Shown here one piece after another: positions 49,413 to 59,771 of a DNA stretch of 64,000 bases; position 1 is the stretch's first letter, and each line of letters begins with the position of its first letter. The translations under genes and the position numbers were made by a program. The notes below the pieces were generated by a model. The model ran no database searches. It had not been told where the DNA came from and worked only from the letters and a program-made list of their open reading frames with translations. The stretch comes from an uncultured Chloroflexia bacterium (GTDB taxonomy: Bacteria > Chloroflexota > Limnocylindria > Limnocylindrales > CSP1-4): NCBI GenBank assembly GCA_963707215.1, contig CAVPPB010000003.1, positions 160,001 to 224,000 of the forward strand, read 5' to 3'.

Positions 49413-50150
49413 CTAGCCGGGCTCGGCCCGGATGACGGCGTCGTCGTACGACATGGCCAGGCGCTCGCCGGGCCGCAGGACGAGGTAGTCGTCGGTCGAC
49501 CAGTCGCCCTCGATGAGGCGGCGCACCAGGAGGAGCTCTCCGGCCAGCCGCTCGAACCGCCAGCCGCGCTGCTCGGCTTCGCGTCGGGCCTGGTCCTCGA
49601 CAGCACGGCCGTCACCGACGCCCAGGTCCACGAAGGCCGCCCGCTCGTAATGGGCCAGCCAGCCGCCCATCGCTTCCATGAGGTAGTCGGCGTTGTCCCG
49701 GCCGTAGCGTCGGACGTACCCCTCGTAGGTCGCCCGCATGTCCGTATCGCCGATCGCCCCGACCCCGGTGAACGGGCTGGCGTCGTCGGTCCGCTCGATG
49801 TAGTCCTGGACGTACCAGTAGGTCCCGGGCGTCGCCGCCGTCTCGTCGCGGTAGCGGTCCCGCGAGCCCAGGAAAAGGGTGATGCAATCGTGGGCCCTGG
49901 GAACGACGACCGGCACCGGCCCGGCCCGCAGGCCCGCGGTCGCCCCGCCGCAGAGCCCGTAGGCCAGGACGATCGCGTCGTAGGACGGGCCAGCCTCGTC
50001 GATCTCGGCCTGGAGGAGCGAGCGCAGGTTCGGCGGGTCGTCGTGGAGACCGCGCCGCTCGAGGCGCACGTCGACGATGTGAGGCGATCGCGCCGCGCTG
50101 AGGTAGACCGGGCGGGCGAGGACCTCGCAGGTCAGCGAGAGGATGCGCAT
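49413..50150 (-). CDS. DUF1638-family protein
   Basis: LTCEVL, GLHDDP, YGLCGG, PRAHDCITLFLGS, PGTYWY. Confidence 0.8.
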   Translation of the reverse strand: MRILSLTCEVLARPVYLSAARSPHIVDVRLERRGLHDDPPNLRSLLQAEIDEAGPSYDAIVLAYGLCGGATAGLRAGPVPVVVPRAHDCITLFLGSRDRYRDETAATPGTYWYVQDYIERTDDASPFTGVGAIGDTDMRATYEGYVRRYGRDNADYLMEAMGGWLAHYERAAFVDLGVGDGRAVEDQARREAEQRGWRFERLAGELLLVRRLIEGDWSTDDYLVLRPGERLAMSYDDAVIRAEPG

Positions 50151-50178
50151 CGACGTGCCGGTCCGCTCGCCGCCTGGC

Positions 50179-51390
50179 TCAGGCCGGCTCACCGACCGTC
50201 GCCCCGCTGGCCACCTCCTTGAGCTCGGCGCCGGTCGGCAGCATCGGCCTGCCGCGCCGGGCGACCTTGAGCAGGATCCAGGCGAGCGGGATCGTGAGGA
50301 ACCAGTTGTAGATCCGGAAGAGGAAGACACCGGCCGAGATCTCGGCCTGGTACTGGCCGCCGGTGATCGTCGTGAACATGGAGATCATCAGCAGTTCGGG
50401 AACGCCGGCTCCGCCTGGGGCGATCGGGATGATGAGGACGATCCAGGTGACCGCGTAGACCGTCAGTACCTCGAGCCCTGAGATCGCCCGCTCGGGAACG
50501 CCGACCGCCCGCAGGGCCGCCAGCAGGACGACGGCCCAGACGACCTTGGAGATGATCGCCACGACGATCGCCAGCCAGCCCCGCTGGCGGATGACCGCGC
50601 CCATCTGGTCCCGGAAGCGGCCCACCGCGCCGGCCACGTCCGGGCTCCCGGAGCGATCGAGCCGCCGCATGACCCAGTCGACGAGCCGCTGCGACTGGCG
50701 ACCGAGCGCATCCGCCAGCCGCTGCGAGCGCACGACCGCCATGATCAACCCGCCGAAGACGAAGAAGCCGACGACACCGATGAGGGCGATGAACCCGACC
50801 GTGCGGATCTCGCCCCGATCCTCGAGCTCACCCGCCAGAAGGAGCGGGATGATGACCAGGATCGGCAGGGCCAGGCGGCTGAGCATGTCGGCGACGCCGT
50901 AGAGGGCGATCCCCGAGCCCGCTGCCGCGTTGGACAGGCCCCAGCCGCGGATGACGACCCAGACGACGCCCATGTTCCAGGGTCCCGCCGGGATGCTGGC
51001 GCCGGTCCCGGTCAGGATCAGGTACGACATCGCGCCCCGGACGAGGGACAAGCCCGGGATGAGGGCCGAGAAGACCGCCCCACTCACCGCCCAGGCGACG
51101 ATCCCGAAGAGGGTCATGACCACGATCTGGAGCGGAGAGAGCGAGAGGAAGGCGTCGATGATGTCTTCGTAGGAGACGAACTGCGGGAGGATGATGACGA
51201 AGACGACGAACAGCACGCCGACGATCAGCCCGGTGCGCATGATCGTCGAGCGTCGGCTCGGCTGGCCGGCGACGGCGGCCGGGACGGGCTTCGGGCCGTT
51301 CGGCGGGCCGGTCTCGACGGCATCGCCCGGTGCCGTCGCTACAGGATCCGGTGCTCCATCCGATCCGGGCTGCTCGGTCATCTCCCTCAC
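50179..51390 (-). CDS. Lysylphosphatidylglycerol synthase TM / flippase-like (YbhN family) membrane protein
   Basis: Multi-TM; PIAPGGAGVPE, FLFRIYNW. Confidence 0.8.
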   Translation of the reverse strand: MREMTEQPGSDGAPDPVATAPGDAVETGPPNGPKPVPAAVAGQPSRRSTIMRTGLIVGVLFVVFVIILPQFVSYEDIIDAFLSLSPLQIVVMTLFGIVAWAVSGAVFSALIPGLSLVRGAMSYLILTGTGASIPAGPWNMGVVWVVIRGWGLSNAAAGSGIALYGVADMLSRLALPILVIIPLLLAGELEDRGEIRTVGFIALIGVVGFFVFGGLIMAVVRSQRLADALGRQSQRLVDWVMRRLDRSGSPDVAGAVGRFRDQMGAVIRQRGWLAIVVAIISKVVWAVVLLAALRAVGVPERAISGLEVLTVYAVTWIVLIIPIAPGGAGVPELLMISMFTTITGGQYQAEISAGVFLFRIYNWFLTIPLAWILLKVARRGRPMLPTGAELKEVASGATVGEPA

Positions 51391-51478
51391 CTCGCTCCTG
51401 ACGCCCCCATGGTAGGCGACGACCCTGCCGACCTGCGCGGTCCACCCGTCACAGGGCGAAGGGCGGGCGCCGGCGACC

Positions 51479-51922
51479 TCAGGCGCGCGGGAGGATCGCC
51501 AGGAGAGCCAGCCCGCCGACGACGACCAGCCCCGCCGCGGCCAGCCGGGCGACGAGCGGCCAGGGGCGACGGACGATCACCAGGTTCAGCATCGCTCCCA
51601 TGGCCGCCATGAAGGCACCGGGGACGCCGCCGACCGAGACCAGGACGAGCGGCAGTACGACCACGACCAGCTCGAGGACCGTCAGGCGCGGCTCGACCGG
51701 GTAGTCGCGCTCACCGATCCGGGCCCGCAGGCCCAGGAATGCCCCGTGGAGCGTCAGGGTCGCCTCCCCTCCCCCGGCCAGGGGGACCGGATAGACGGGC
51801 CGGCCGTGCCCCCGCCGTGGCTCGACCGGCTCGCCGGCGACGAAGACCTTCGGTCCGCGGACCAGATCGGGCTCGACGACGATCTCCGGGCAGCCCGGGA
51901 TGTCCGGGGTGATGGCCGGCAC
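51479..51922 (-). CDS. Hypothetical membrane protein
   Basis: GTG immediately after the relA stop; hydrophobic C-terminal half. Confidence 0.6.
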   Translation of the reverse strand: MPAITPDIPGCPEIVVEPDLVRGPKVFVAGEPVEPRRGHGRPVYPVPLAGGGEATLTLHGAFLGLRARIGERDYPVEPRLTVLELVVVVLPLVLVSVGGVPGAFMAAMGAMLNLVIVRRPWPLVARLAAAGLVVVGGLALLAILPRA

Positions 51923-51924
51923 GG

Positions 51925-54246
51925 TCAGCTCAGGTCGCGCTGGACCGAGAGGACGTCGCGCACCTGCTCGATGCGGCCCATGACCCGGGCCAGCTGGGCG
52001 ACGGAGGAGACCTGCAGGGTCGCCGTGACCACGGCGGTGTGGTCGGCCCCGACGTTGACCGCCGCGGCGATGATGTTGACCTTGTTCTCGGCCACCACCT
52101 GGGTGATCTCGTGGAGGAGGCCGGGTCGGTCGTAGGCCTCGACCCGCAGCGCGATCGGGTAGGTCTGCGTGGGCTGGGCCTCCCACTCGACCTCGATGAG
52201 CCGTCCCACCTCGCGTTCGTTGATCGCCGTGGGGCAGGTCCGCAGGTGGACCGTGACCCCCTTGCCCCGGGTGATGAAGCCGACGATCGGGTCGCCGGGG
52301 ATCGGATGGCAGCACTTGGCGAAGCGGGTCAGCAGGTCACCGACGCCCTTCACCCGGACGCCGCCGGCCGGCGTCGGCGGCGGTGGTGGCGTCGTCGGCG
52401 GCAGGGCCAGCGACGAGTCGTCGAGCACGCCGAGCCGGGTGACCACCTGCTGGGCCGAGATCGCCCCGTAGCCGACGGCCGCATAGAAGTCGTCGACGTG
52501 CTCGAAGTTGTAGCCATGGGCGACGTCGGCGATCCGGTCCAGGCCGACCTCGGAGACCGAGGTCCGGGCCAGGCGCCGCAGCTCGCGCTCCACCGACTCG
52601 CGACCGTGAGCGACGTTCTCGTCGCGGTCCTTGCGCTTGAACCACTGGCGGACCTTCTCCCGCGCGTGGGAGGTCCGCACGATGTTCAGCCAATCACGTG
52701 AAGGTCCGTGCTCGCCCTTGGTCGTCACGATCTCGACGATGTCGCCGTTCTTCAGCCGGTAGTCGAGCGGCACGAGCCGGTTGTTCACCTTGGCCCCGAT
52801 CGTCCGGTGGCCGACGTCGGTGTGGATCCGATAGGCGAAGTCGAGGGGCGTCGCCCCGGCCGGCAGGTCCTTGATGTCCCCGCGCGGGGTGAAGACGAAG
52901 ACCTGGTCCTGGAAGAGGTCGAGCTTCAGGCCCTCCAGGAACTCGCTGGCGTCGGAGACCTCGCGCTGCCAGTCCATGAGCTGGCGGAGCCAGGCCAGCT
53001 TGGCGTCGTAGGCCCGATCCGCCCGGGTGCCGTCCTTGTAGCGCCAGTGGGCGGCGATGCCGACCTCCGCCACCTGGTGCATCTGGTGGGTCCGGATCTG
53101 GATCTCGAGCGGCTTCCCGTCGAGGGCGATGACGGCAGTGTGGAGGCTCTGGTAGAGGTTGTTCTTGGGGACGGCGATGTAGTCGTCGAACTGACCGGGG
53201 ATCGGTCGCCACAGCGAGTGGACCACGCCGAGAGCCGCGTAGCAGTCGCGGACGTCGTCGACGAGGAGCCGGATCGCGTAGACGTCGTAGATCTCGCCGA
53301 ACTCGGCGCCCTTGCGGAGCATCTTCTTCCAGATGCTGAAGAGGTGCTTCGGGCGGCCCTGCAGGTCGGCCTCGATGCCCGCCGCCTCGAGCACCGGCTC
53401 GAGGGCGGCGATCGCGCGGTCGATGAAGCTCTCGCGGCCCTTGCGGCGGGTCGCCAGGAGACGGGCCAGCTCGCGGTAGCGCTCCGGCTCCAGGACCTTG
53501 AAGGCGAGGTCCTCGAGCTCCCACTTGATCTGCCAGATCCCCAGGCGCTCGGCCAGCGGAGCGTAGATCTCCATCGTCTGCCGGGCGATGCGCTGCTGTT
53601 TCTCGAGGGGAAGGGCGGCCAGCGTGCGCATGTTGTGGAGGCGGTCGGCAAGCTTGATGAGGACGACGCGGATGTCCTCCGCCATCGCCAGGAACATCTT
53701 GCGGATGTTCTCGGCCTGCTGCTGCTCTCGGGTCGTCGTGTTGAATTTGGACAGCTTCGTCACGCCGTCGACGAGGTGGGCGACCTCCGGGCCGAAGCGC
53801 TCCTCGACGTCGGCCAGGCTGTAGTCGGTGTCCTCGGGAACGTCGTGGAGCAGCGCGGCCTGGACGGCGATCGGGTCGATGCCGAGCTCGGCGACGATCC
53901 TCGCAGAGGCGATGGGGTGGGTCACGTACGGCTCGCCCGACGCCCGGCGCTGGCCCTCGTGCGCCTCGACCGCGAGGTCGAAGGCCCGCCCCACCGCGTC
54001 CAGGTCGGCCCCCGGGTACATGTCGGCGGTGACCCCCAGGAGCTCCGTCCGAAGGCCGGCGACGTCGAGGGGCTGCACCTTTGCTCCCGGAGGTGCAGGA
54101 ACCGGACCCCGGGGAGGCAGGGTGGCCGTAGCACCCTCGCTCTTGGCGTCCGCGCGGCGGCGGCGGCGCGCCTGCCCGTCGCCGGCAGCCCGAGCGGTGC
54201 GCTCCGGGCGCGGCCCAGTGTCGGAGGGGGTGCGCGGCGTCGTCAT
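51925..54246 (-). CDS. relA: Bifunctional (p)ppGpp synthetase/hydrolase
   Basis: SGEPYVTHP, LLHD, IKLADRLHNMRTL, YQSLHT, EIQIRT, TGS and ACT domains. Confidence 0.97.
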   Translation of the reverse strand: MTTPRTPSDTGPRPERTARAAGDGQARRRRRADAKSEGATATLPPRGPVPAPPGAKVQPLDVAGLRTELLGVTADMYPGADLDAVGRAFDLAVEAHEGQRRASGEPYVTHPIASARIVAELGIDPIAVQAALLHDVPEDTDYSLADVEERFGPEVAHLVDGVTKLSKFNTTTREQQQAENIRKMFLAMAEDIRVVLIKLADRLHNMRTLAALPLEKQQRIARQTMEIYAPLAERLGIWQIKWELEDLAFKVLEPERYRELARLLATRRKGRESFIDRAIAALEPVLEAAGIEADLQGRPKHLFSIWKKMLRKGAEFGEIYDVYAIRLLVDDVRDCYAALGVVHSLWRPIPGQFDDYIAVPKNNLYQSLHTAVIALDGKPLEIQIRTHQMHQVAEVGIAAHWRYKDGTRADRAYDAKLAWLRQLMDWQREVSDASEFLEGLKLDLFQDQVFVFTPRGDIKDLPAGATPLDFAYRIHTDVGHRTIGAKVNNRLVPLDYRLKNGDIVEIVTTKGEHGPSRDWLNIVRTSHAREKVRQWFKRKDRDENVAHGRESVERELRRLARTSVSEVGLDRIADVAHGYNFEHVDDFYAAVGYGAISAQQVVTRLGVLDDSSLALPPTTPPPPPTPAGGVRVKGVGDLLTRFAKCCHPIPGDPIVGFITRGKGVTVHLRTCPTAINEREVGRLIEVEWEAQPTQTYPIALRVEAYDRPGLLHEITQVVAENKVNIIAAAVNVGADHTAVVTATLQVSSVAQLARVMGRIEQVRDVLSVQRDLS

Positions 54247-54284
54247 CAGGCGTCGAGTCTACCAGCGGCCCGGGCCCGTCCCGG

Positions 54285-55946
54285 TCACACCGGATCCGCG
54301 GTCCAGCCGAGCTCCGCCAGCAGGTCCCGGGCGACCGCGGCCTCGTCCCACGGCCTTCCGCCCGTGGGCCCCAGGATCTCGCGCTCGTGCCCCTTGCCGG
54401 CCAGGACGACGACATCGGTCGGCCGGGCAGCCTGGAAGGCGGCCATGATGGCGTCCCGTCGATCGGCGATGCAGAGCAGGTCCCGGCCGCGGACGCGGCC
54501 GACCCCCTCGGCACCGGCGGCGATCTCGTCGAGGATGGCCTCGCGGTCCTCGCCGCGGGGATCCTCGTCGGTGACCACGACGAGACGGCAGCGCTCACCG
54601 GCGATCCGACCCATCATCGGCCGCTTGGCCCGGTCGCGCTCCCCGGCTGATCCGAAGACGACGACCAGGCCCCCACCCCGGGCCTCCGCCTGCGGCCCGA
54701 GCAGGTCGAGCACCATGGCCAGCGAGGCCGGGCTATGGGCGAAGTCCACGATCACGTCGAAGGGCTGTCCGCGATCGACCCGCTCCATCCGTCCGGGTAT
54801 CGCCCGGACGCCCTCCAGGCCGGCCCGGACCGCGGCCGGGTCGAGGTCGAGGGCGTCCCCCAGCGCCACGATGGCGAGGGCGTTGTGCACGTTGAACCGC
54901 CCGGCCAGCCGGAGGTCCAGCCGACCATTGGCGCGGGCCGTTCGATAGGCGAGTGAGAGTCGCCCTCCCGCCTCTTCCACGTCGAGCACCCGCACGTCCG
55001 CCTCCGGGTCCAGACCGTAGGTGACCGACAGGGCGCCGCTTGCCCGGGTCGCTGCCGCGAACAGGGCCCAGCTCGAATCGTCCCGGTTGACGATCCCGAC
55101 CCTCGGCCAGGTCGGCGGCTCGGTCCGCCTGGCCGGCCGGACGGCGGGACCCAACCCCTCGAACAGGCGGAGCTTCGCGTCCCGGTAGGCCTCGAAGCTG
55201 CCATGGAGCTCCAGGTGCTCGTGGGTCAGGTTCGTGAGGATCGCGGCGTCGTACGCCACCCCCCGGACGCGGTCGAGCGCAAGGCCGTGGGACGTGGTCT
55301 CGAGGACCGCCGCCGCATCCCCAGCATCGGCCATCGCCCGGAGGAGCGCCTGGAGCCGCGGCGCCGGCGGGGTCGTCACGTGCTCGGGCGTCGGCTCCTC
55401 TCGCCCCCCGACCCGGAGATGGACGGTTCCCACCAGCCCGGTCCGGATGCCGGCCGCCTCGAGGGCGGCGACCGCCAGGAATGAAGTCGTCGTCTTGCCA
55501 TCCGTGCCGGTGACACCGACGAGCCCGAGGCGCTCGGATGGATCCTCGTACCACCACGTCGCCGCGTCGGCGAGAGCGGCCCGGGACGAGGCGACGACGA
55601 GCTGCGGGAGCGCGACATCCGGGAGCGGCCGCTCGACGAGGGCCACAGCGGCGCCGGCGTCGGCCGCCGCCTTGACGAAGCGGTGGCCATCGACCCCGAA
55701 CCCTGGGACGGCCACGAACACGCCTGCTGGCCCGACCGCCCGCGAGTCCTCGCTGGGAGCACCGATCGCCAGCCCGCTGACGGCCTGGGCCGCGCCCCGC
55801 CGCCCATCGACCAGGACATCGACCAGCTGCCCCGAGGCCGCCAGGCGGGCAACGAGCCCGAGTGCATCGCGCGATCCGGCCGGCTCGCTCCCCTGCACGA
55901 GGGCCTCGATCGAGCCAGGCGTCGTCCTGGCCTTCGCGTCGGTCAT
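54285..55946 (-). CDS. murE: UDP-MurNAc-dipeptide:diamino acid ligase MurE
   Basis: GVTGTDGKTTT, ETTSHGL, TNLTHEHL, PGRME, VDFAHSP, AGKGHE. Confidence 0.93.
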   Translation of the reverse strand: MTDAKARTTPGSIEALVQGSEPAGSRDALGLVARLAASGQLVDVLVDGRRGAAQAVSGLAIGAPSEDSRAVGPAGVFVAVPGFGVDGHRFVKAAADAGAAVALVERPLPDVALPQLVVASSRAALADAATWWYEDPSERLGLVGVTGTDGKTTTSFLAVAALEAAGIRTGLVGTVHLRVGGREEPTPEHVTTPPAPRLQALLRAMADAGDAAAVLETTSHGLALDRVRGVAYDAAILTNLTHEHLELHGSFEAYRDAKLRLFEGLGPAVRPARRTEPPTWPRVGIVNRDDSSWALFAAATRASGALSVTYGLDPEADVRVLDVEEAGGRLSLAYRTARANGRLDLRLAGRFNVHNALAIVALGDALDLDPAAVRAGLEGVRAIPGRMERVDRGQPFDVIVDFAHSPASLAMVLDLLGPQAEARGGGLVVVFGSAGERDRAKRPMMGRIAGERCRLVVVTDEDPRGEDREAILDEIAAGAEGVGRVRGRDLLCIADRRDAIMAAFQAARPTDVVVLAGKGHEREILGPTGGRPWDEAAVARDLLAELGWTADPV

Positions 55947-57118
55947 CGCGGCCCGCCCGCCGTGTCCGGCCCCGCCCTCACGCGGCCAGCGGTCGCAGCC
56001 GTCGCCGGCTGCCGAGGGCGGATCGTCCGCCCGATCCGGCGAGCCACCCGACCCACCGCGTAGCGGCTCGGCCGGAAGACGCGCTCCTGGGCCCCGGCCA
56101 GCTCGACCCACTCGCCGCCGAAGGACCGCTTGTGCTGGTAGAGGCCCCAGGTCGGCTCCCCCTCGACCGGGGCGCGACGGGCGCCGGGCACGTCCACGCC
56201 ACCGAGGTCCAGCTCGGCCCGCCCCTCCCGGATCGCCAGCTGGAGCGACCGCCAGCGGAGCAGGTGGAGCGTCCCCGGATGGGTCCGGCGGGTCTCGACC
56301 CGGTCCGCCGAGTGGACCGTGGAGAGGCGGTCGCCGTGGCGGTACAGGAGCATCGCTCCGAGCGGCTCGCCATCGAAGCGAGCCTCGAGGAGGATGACGT
56401 GGCCGGGGGTGAACGCCCGCTCCCACCAGGCCAGCAGATCGCCGCGGGCGAAGCGGAAGCCGCGCCGCTCGCCGACCGCCCAGAGCATCGCGTCGAACCG
56501 GTCGAAGGCAGCCCGGACCGGCTCCTGCGGCGCTGCGAAGCCCTCGCCGGGGTCGGCGCCCGCCCTGGCATCGTGACGGATCACCACGAGTCCGCTCCGG
56601 TCAGCCGCCCGGATCCGCTGGCGCGTCGACTTGGCGATCGCTCCGAAGGCCGCCTCCTCATCGTCACTGCCCGCGATCGGCAGACGCATCCGGTGGCGCG
56701 AGGGCTGGAGCTCCTCGATCGGCCGGAACCCGCCGGCCCGTACAGCGGCGGCGTACGCAGCGTCACCGGCCACCACCTCCGGGTCCGCGGCCACGACGTC
56801 GGCCCCCTCGGCGGCCAGCGCCTCGGCCACGGCGACCAGTCGCGGCCCGCGACCGATCGTTCCGACCTCGATCGGCCCCCGCGCGACGTACGCCCCGCCG
56901 CCGCCGACGAGCGGCCAGGGCCGGGTGCAGCCCAGGACGCAACCACCGTCTTCGAAGACGAGGAACGACGGCCGCCAGCCGAGTGCCGAGAGGTGGTCGG
57001 CCCAGGCTCGTGACTGGAGCACGTGGCCGCCGGGCGCGTCGACGGTCCGGCGGTCCCAGTCGACGAGCTCGTCGGCGCTGGCCGCCCGGAGCCGCGCCGG
57101 CACGATCGGCGCGGTCAC
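55943..57118 (-). CDS. FemABX-family peptidyltransferase (copy 2)
   Basis: HVLQSRAW, YVARGP, KSTRQRIRAA, LDLGGV, GLYQHKRSFGG. Confidence 0.85.
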   Translation of the reverse strand: MTAPIVPARLRAASADELVDWDRRTVDAPGGHVLQSRAWADHLSALGWRPSFLVFEDGGCVLGCTRPWPLVGGGGAYVARGPIEVGTIGRGPRLVAVAEALAAEGADVVAADPEVVAGDAAYAAAVRAGGFRPIEELQPSRHRMRLPIAGSDDEEAAFGAIAKSTRQRIRAADRSGLVVIRHDARAGADPGEGFAAPQEPVRAAFDRFDAMLWAVGERRGFRFARGDLLAWWERAFTPGHVILLEARFDGEPLGAMLLYRHGDRLSTVHSADRVETRRTHPGTLHLLRWRSLQLAIREGRAELDLGGVDVPGARRAPVEGEPTWGLYQHKRSFGGEWVELAGAQERVFRPSRYAVGRVARRIGRTIRPRQPATAATAGRVRAGPDTAGGPR

Positions 57119-58203
57119 CCTTCGTCGCCGCCGAGCTGGCCCGCCGCACCGGACCGCTCCAAGGACCGGCGCGCCTGCCAGACCCGGACCCGCTGGGCGC
57201 TGCCATAGATCCGCCGCCCGAGGCCGCTGAGGACCAGGTCCCAGGCCCCGACGTAGACGACCTCGCGTCCACCGAAGCCGGTCTTGAAGTGGGCGATCCC
57301 GGGATGGGCCAGGCCCCAGAGGTCGTAGGTCTCGGCGCCCTCCTCGCGGCTCCGCCGGATCGCCTCCCACTTGAGCAGGTAGTTGCCGCGGCTCTCCGCC
57401 CCGAGTGCCGTCATCCCGCCGTACGGCTCCACGACCCGGGTCCCGACCCGGACGAGGAACAGGGTCGCCACCGCCTGGCCGTCGGAGGTCTCGGCGAACA
57501 GCAGCGATGCCCGGCCCCGCGGCCGGTAGGCATCCCACACGGCCCGGTACGAGGCCTCGGTGCGGATGTGGAAGCCGGCCCGGGACGCCGTCTCGCGATA
57601 GATGGCGTAGAACTCGGGCAGCCGGTCGGCCTCGGCCTCCACGACCCGGACACCCGTTGACCTCGCCCGATTGACGTACTGGCGCCACTTCTTGCGAAGG
57701 TCCGACCAGAGAGCGGCTTCGTCGGCCCGGAGGTCGATCAGGCGGGTCCGGTCCGGCTGGATCGGCGGCGCGGGACGCCAGCCCGAGGCCACCAGTGCGG
57801 CCCGGAACGCACCGGTCGGATCCTCGGGTCCGTCGAGCTCGATCTCGGGATCGATCCGGAGATGGGAGATGCGGCCCAGCTCGGTGGGCAGACGTGCCCG
57901 CAGCCGGGACGTCAGAGGCTCGATCGCCGCCGCCGGGTCGGCCGCCCAGACGGGACCCCGCGGCGCGTAGGCGAAGGCCCACGGTAGCGGCCTGGGCTGG
58001 CGGGCCAGCACCTGCAGCCCGATCGGCCCACCCGTCCCGTCGACGACCACCCTGGCCGAGCGCCAGCCGTTGGCGGCCTTGACCTCGGCCCACGCCGGCA
58101 GCTGCAGGTAGGAGCCGCGGGACGCCCCCTCGACGAGGGCGTCCCAGGCCAGGGTGTCCCTCTCCAGAGCCTCAGCCGACGGCTGATCGGCGGGACCGAC
58201 CAT
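57115..58203 (-). CDS. FemABX-family peptidyltransferase (copy 1)
   Basis: YLQLPAWAEVK, YAPRGP, IQPDRTRLIDL, YDLWG, FKTGFGG. Confidence 0.9.
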   Translation of the reverse strand: MVGPADQPSAEALERDTLAWDALVEGASRGSYLQLPAWAEVKAANGWRSARVVVDGTGGPIGLQVLARQPRPLPWAFAYAPRGPVWAADPAAAIEPLTSRLRARLPTELGRISHLRIDPEIELDGPEDPTGAFRAALVASGWRPAPPIQPDRTRLIDLRADEAALWSDLRKKWRQYVNRARSTGVRVVEAEADRLPEFYAIYRETASRAGFHIRTEASYRAVWDAYRPRGRASLLFAETSDGQAVATLFLVRVGTRVVEPYGGMTALGAESRGNYLLKWEAIRRSREEGAETYDLWGLAHPGIAHFKTGFGGREVVYVGAWDLVLSGLGRRIYGSAQRVRVWQARRSLERSGAAGQLGGDEG

Positions 58204-59771
58204 CAGCTGGCGCGCTCGCCGCGGACCGATCGCACGGCGATCCGGACGATCTGGTCGAGCTCGACGACGTGGAGGAGCCGCGACGCACCGACGTACACGC
58301 CCACGGCCACGGCCGTGGCGGCGGCGAGCTCGAGGAGGGTACCGACCTTGCCGGGCTCGGGACCAAGGATCCCCGCGACGGCCGTCAGGATCATGGCGGC
58401 GGGCGCGGCTGCGAGGATCGACAGGAGCGCGAACCCGAGCCAGGCACGGACCTGGTCCCCGCCGCGGAACGAAGGGTGCCGAAGGCCCAGGCGCCACAGC
58501 AGGATGGCCACCTCGACCCAGGCCCCGACCGCGATGCCAAGAGCCAGGCCCGCGAGGCCCAGCGGGCCGACGGTAAGGATCGAGACGGCCACGTTGACGG
58601 CGACCGAGATGATGGCCGCAGCCACCGGCGTCCGGGTGTCCTGGCCGGCGTAGAAGGCTCGGGCGAGGATCGCGATGGCGCCGTGGGCGGTGAGCCCGAG
58701 CAGGAACACCAGGAGCGTGATCGAGGTGAGGTCGATGGCGGCCTGGTCGAACCGCCCGTAGTCGAACAGCAGGGTCACGATCTGGACACGGGTCACGATG
58801 GCGATGGCCGTCACGAACATCATGGCATAGGCCAAGGGGCGGAGCGCGCCGGCCACCATCCGAGCGAGCTCCTCGGTCGCCCCTCCGGCGGCGGATCGTG
58901 ACAGCGTCGGCAGGAGGACGATGCCCAGGGGCACGGCGAGGAAGCCGATCGGCAGCTGGAGGATCGTGAACGCCACGGCATAGGCGGTGATCGAGCCGGC
59001 AGCGAGCGTCGAGGCCAGGGTCGTGTTGACGATGAAGGTGATCTGGGCGGCTCCCATGCCCAGGGCCCTGGGACCAAGGAGAGCGAAGACCTTGCGGGCT
59101 TCGGGGTCGTGGACTCCGATGACCGCGTGATAGAAGAACGCCGTCCTCCGTCGGACCGACGGTAGCTGGACGAGCAGGTGGCCGAGCGAGCCGAACACGA
59201 CCCCGATCGCCAGGGCGGTGACCCCCATGGACGGCCCCAGGACGAGGGCAGCCACGATGATGCCGAGGTTGTAGGCGATCGGAGCGATCGCCGCCGCGGC
59301 GAAGCGGCCGGAGGCGTTGAGGAGGGCCGTCACCACCGCCCCCAGGGCCAGGAAGATCGGCCCCAGGATCATCAACCGGGTCAGGTCCACGGCCAACTCC
59401 GTCGCAGCCGCGTCGAAGCCGGGCGTGATAAGGGGAACGATCGCTGGAGCCGCCAGCCAGAAGAGGATCGACAGTCCGATCGAAGCGACCAGGGTGAGGT
59501 TGAACACCGTCGAGACCACACGCCAGGCCCGCGACTCGAGGTCGCTGGCCAGCAGGCCCGACACAACCGGCACCAGCGCCGACGCGATGGCGCCCGCAGC
59601 GACCAGCTGGAAGATGAGGTCTGGGATCCGGAACGCGGCGAAGAACGCGTCGACGTCGGTCGTCGCCCCGAAGACGCCGGTGATCGTCGTCATCCGGAGC
59701 CAGCCGAGGACCCGGGACACGAGGAACGCCCCGGAGACGATGGCTCCTGCCCGGGCGAGTGCGACCGTCAT
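58203..59771 (-). CDS. murJ: Lipid II flippase MurJ (MviN)
   Basis: [39 protein letters not shown]. Confidence 0.95.
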   Translation of the reverse strand: MTVALARAGAIVSGAFLVSRVLGWLRMTTITGVFGATTDVDAFFAAFRIPDLIFQLVAAGAIASALVPVVSGLLASDLESRAWRVVSTVFNLTLVASIGLSILFWLAAPAIVPLITPGFDAAATELAVDLTRLMILGPIFLALGAVVTALLNASGRFAAAAIAPIAYNLGIIVAALVLGPSMGVTALAIGVVFGSLGHLLVQLPSVRRRTAFFYHAVIGVHDPEARKVFALLGPRALGMGAAQITFIVNTTLASTLAAGSITAYAVAFTILQLPIGFLAVPLGIVLLPTLSRSAAGGATEELARMVAGALRPLAYAMMFVTAIAIVTRVQIVTLLFDYGRFDQAAIDLTSITLLVFLLGLTAHGAIAILARAFYAGQDTRTPVAAAIISVAVNVAVSILTVGPLGLAGLALGIAVGAWVEVAILLWRLGLRHPSFRGGDQVRAWLGFALLSILAAAPAAMILTAVAGILGPEPGKVGTLLELAAATAVAVGVYVGASRLLHVVELDQIVRIAVRSVRGERAS

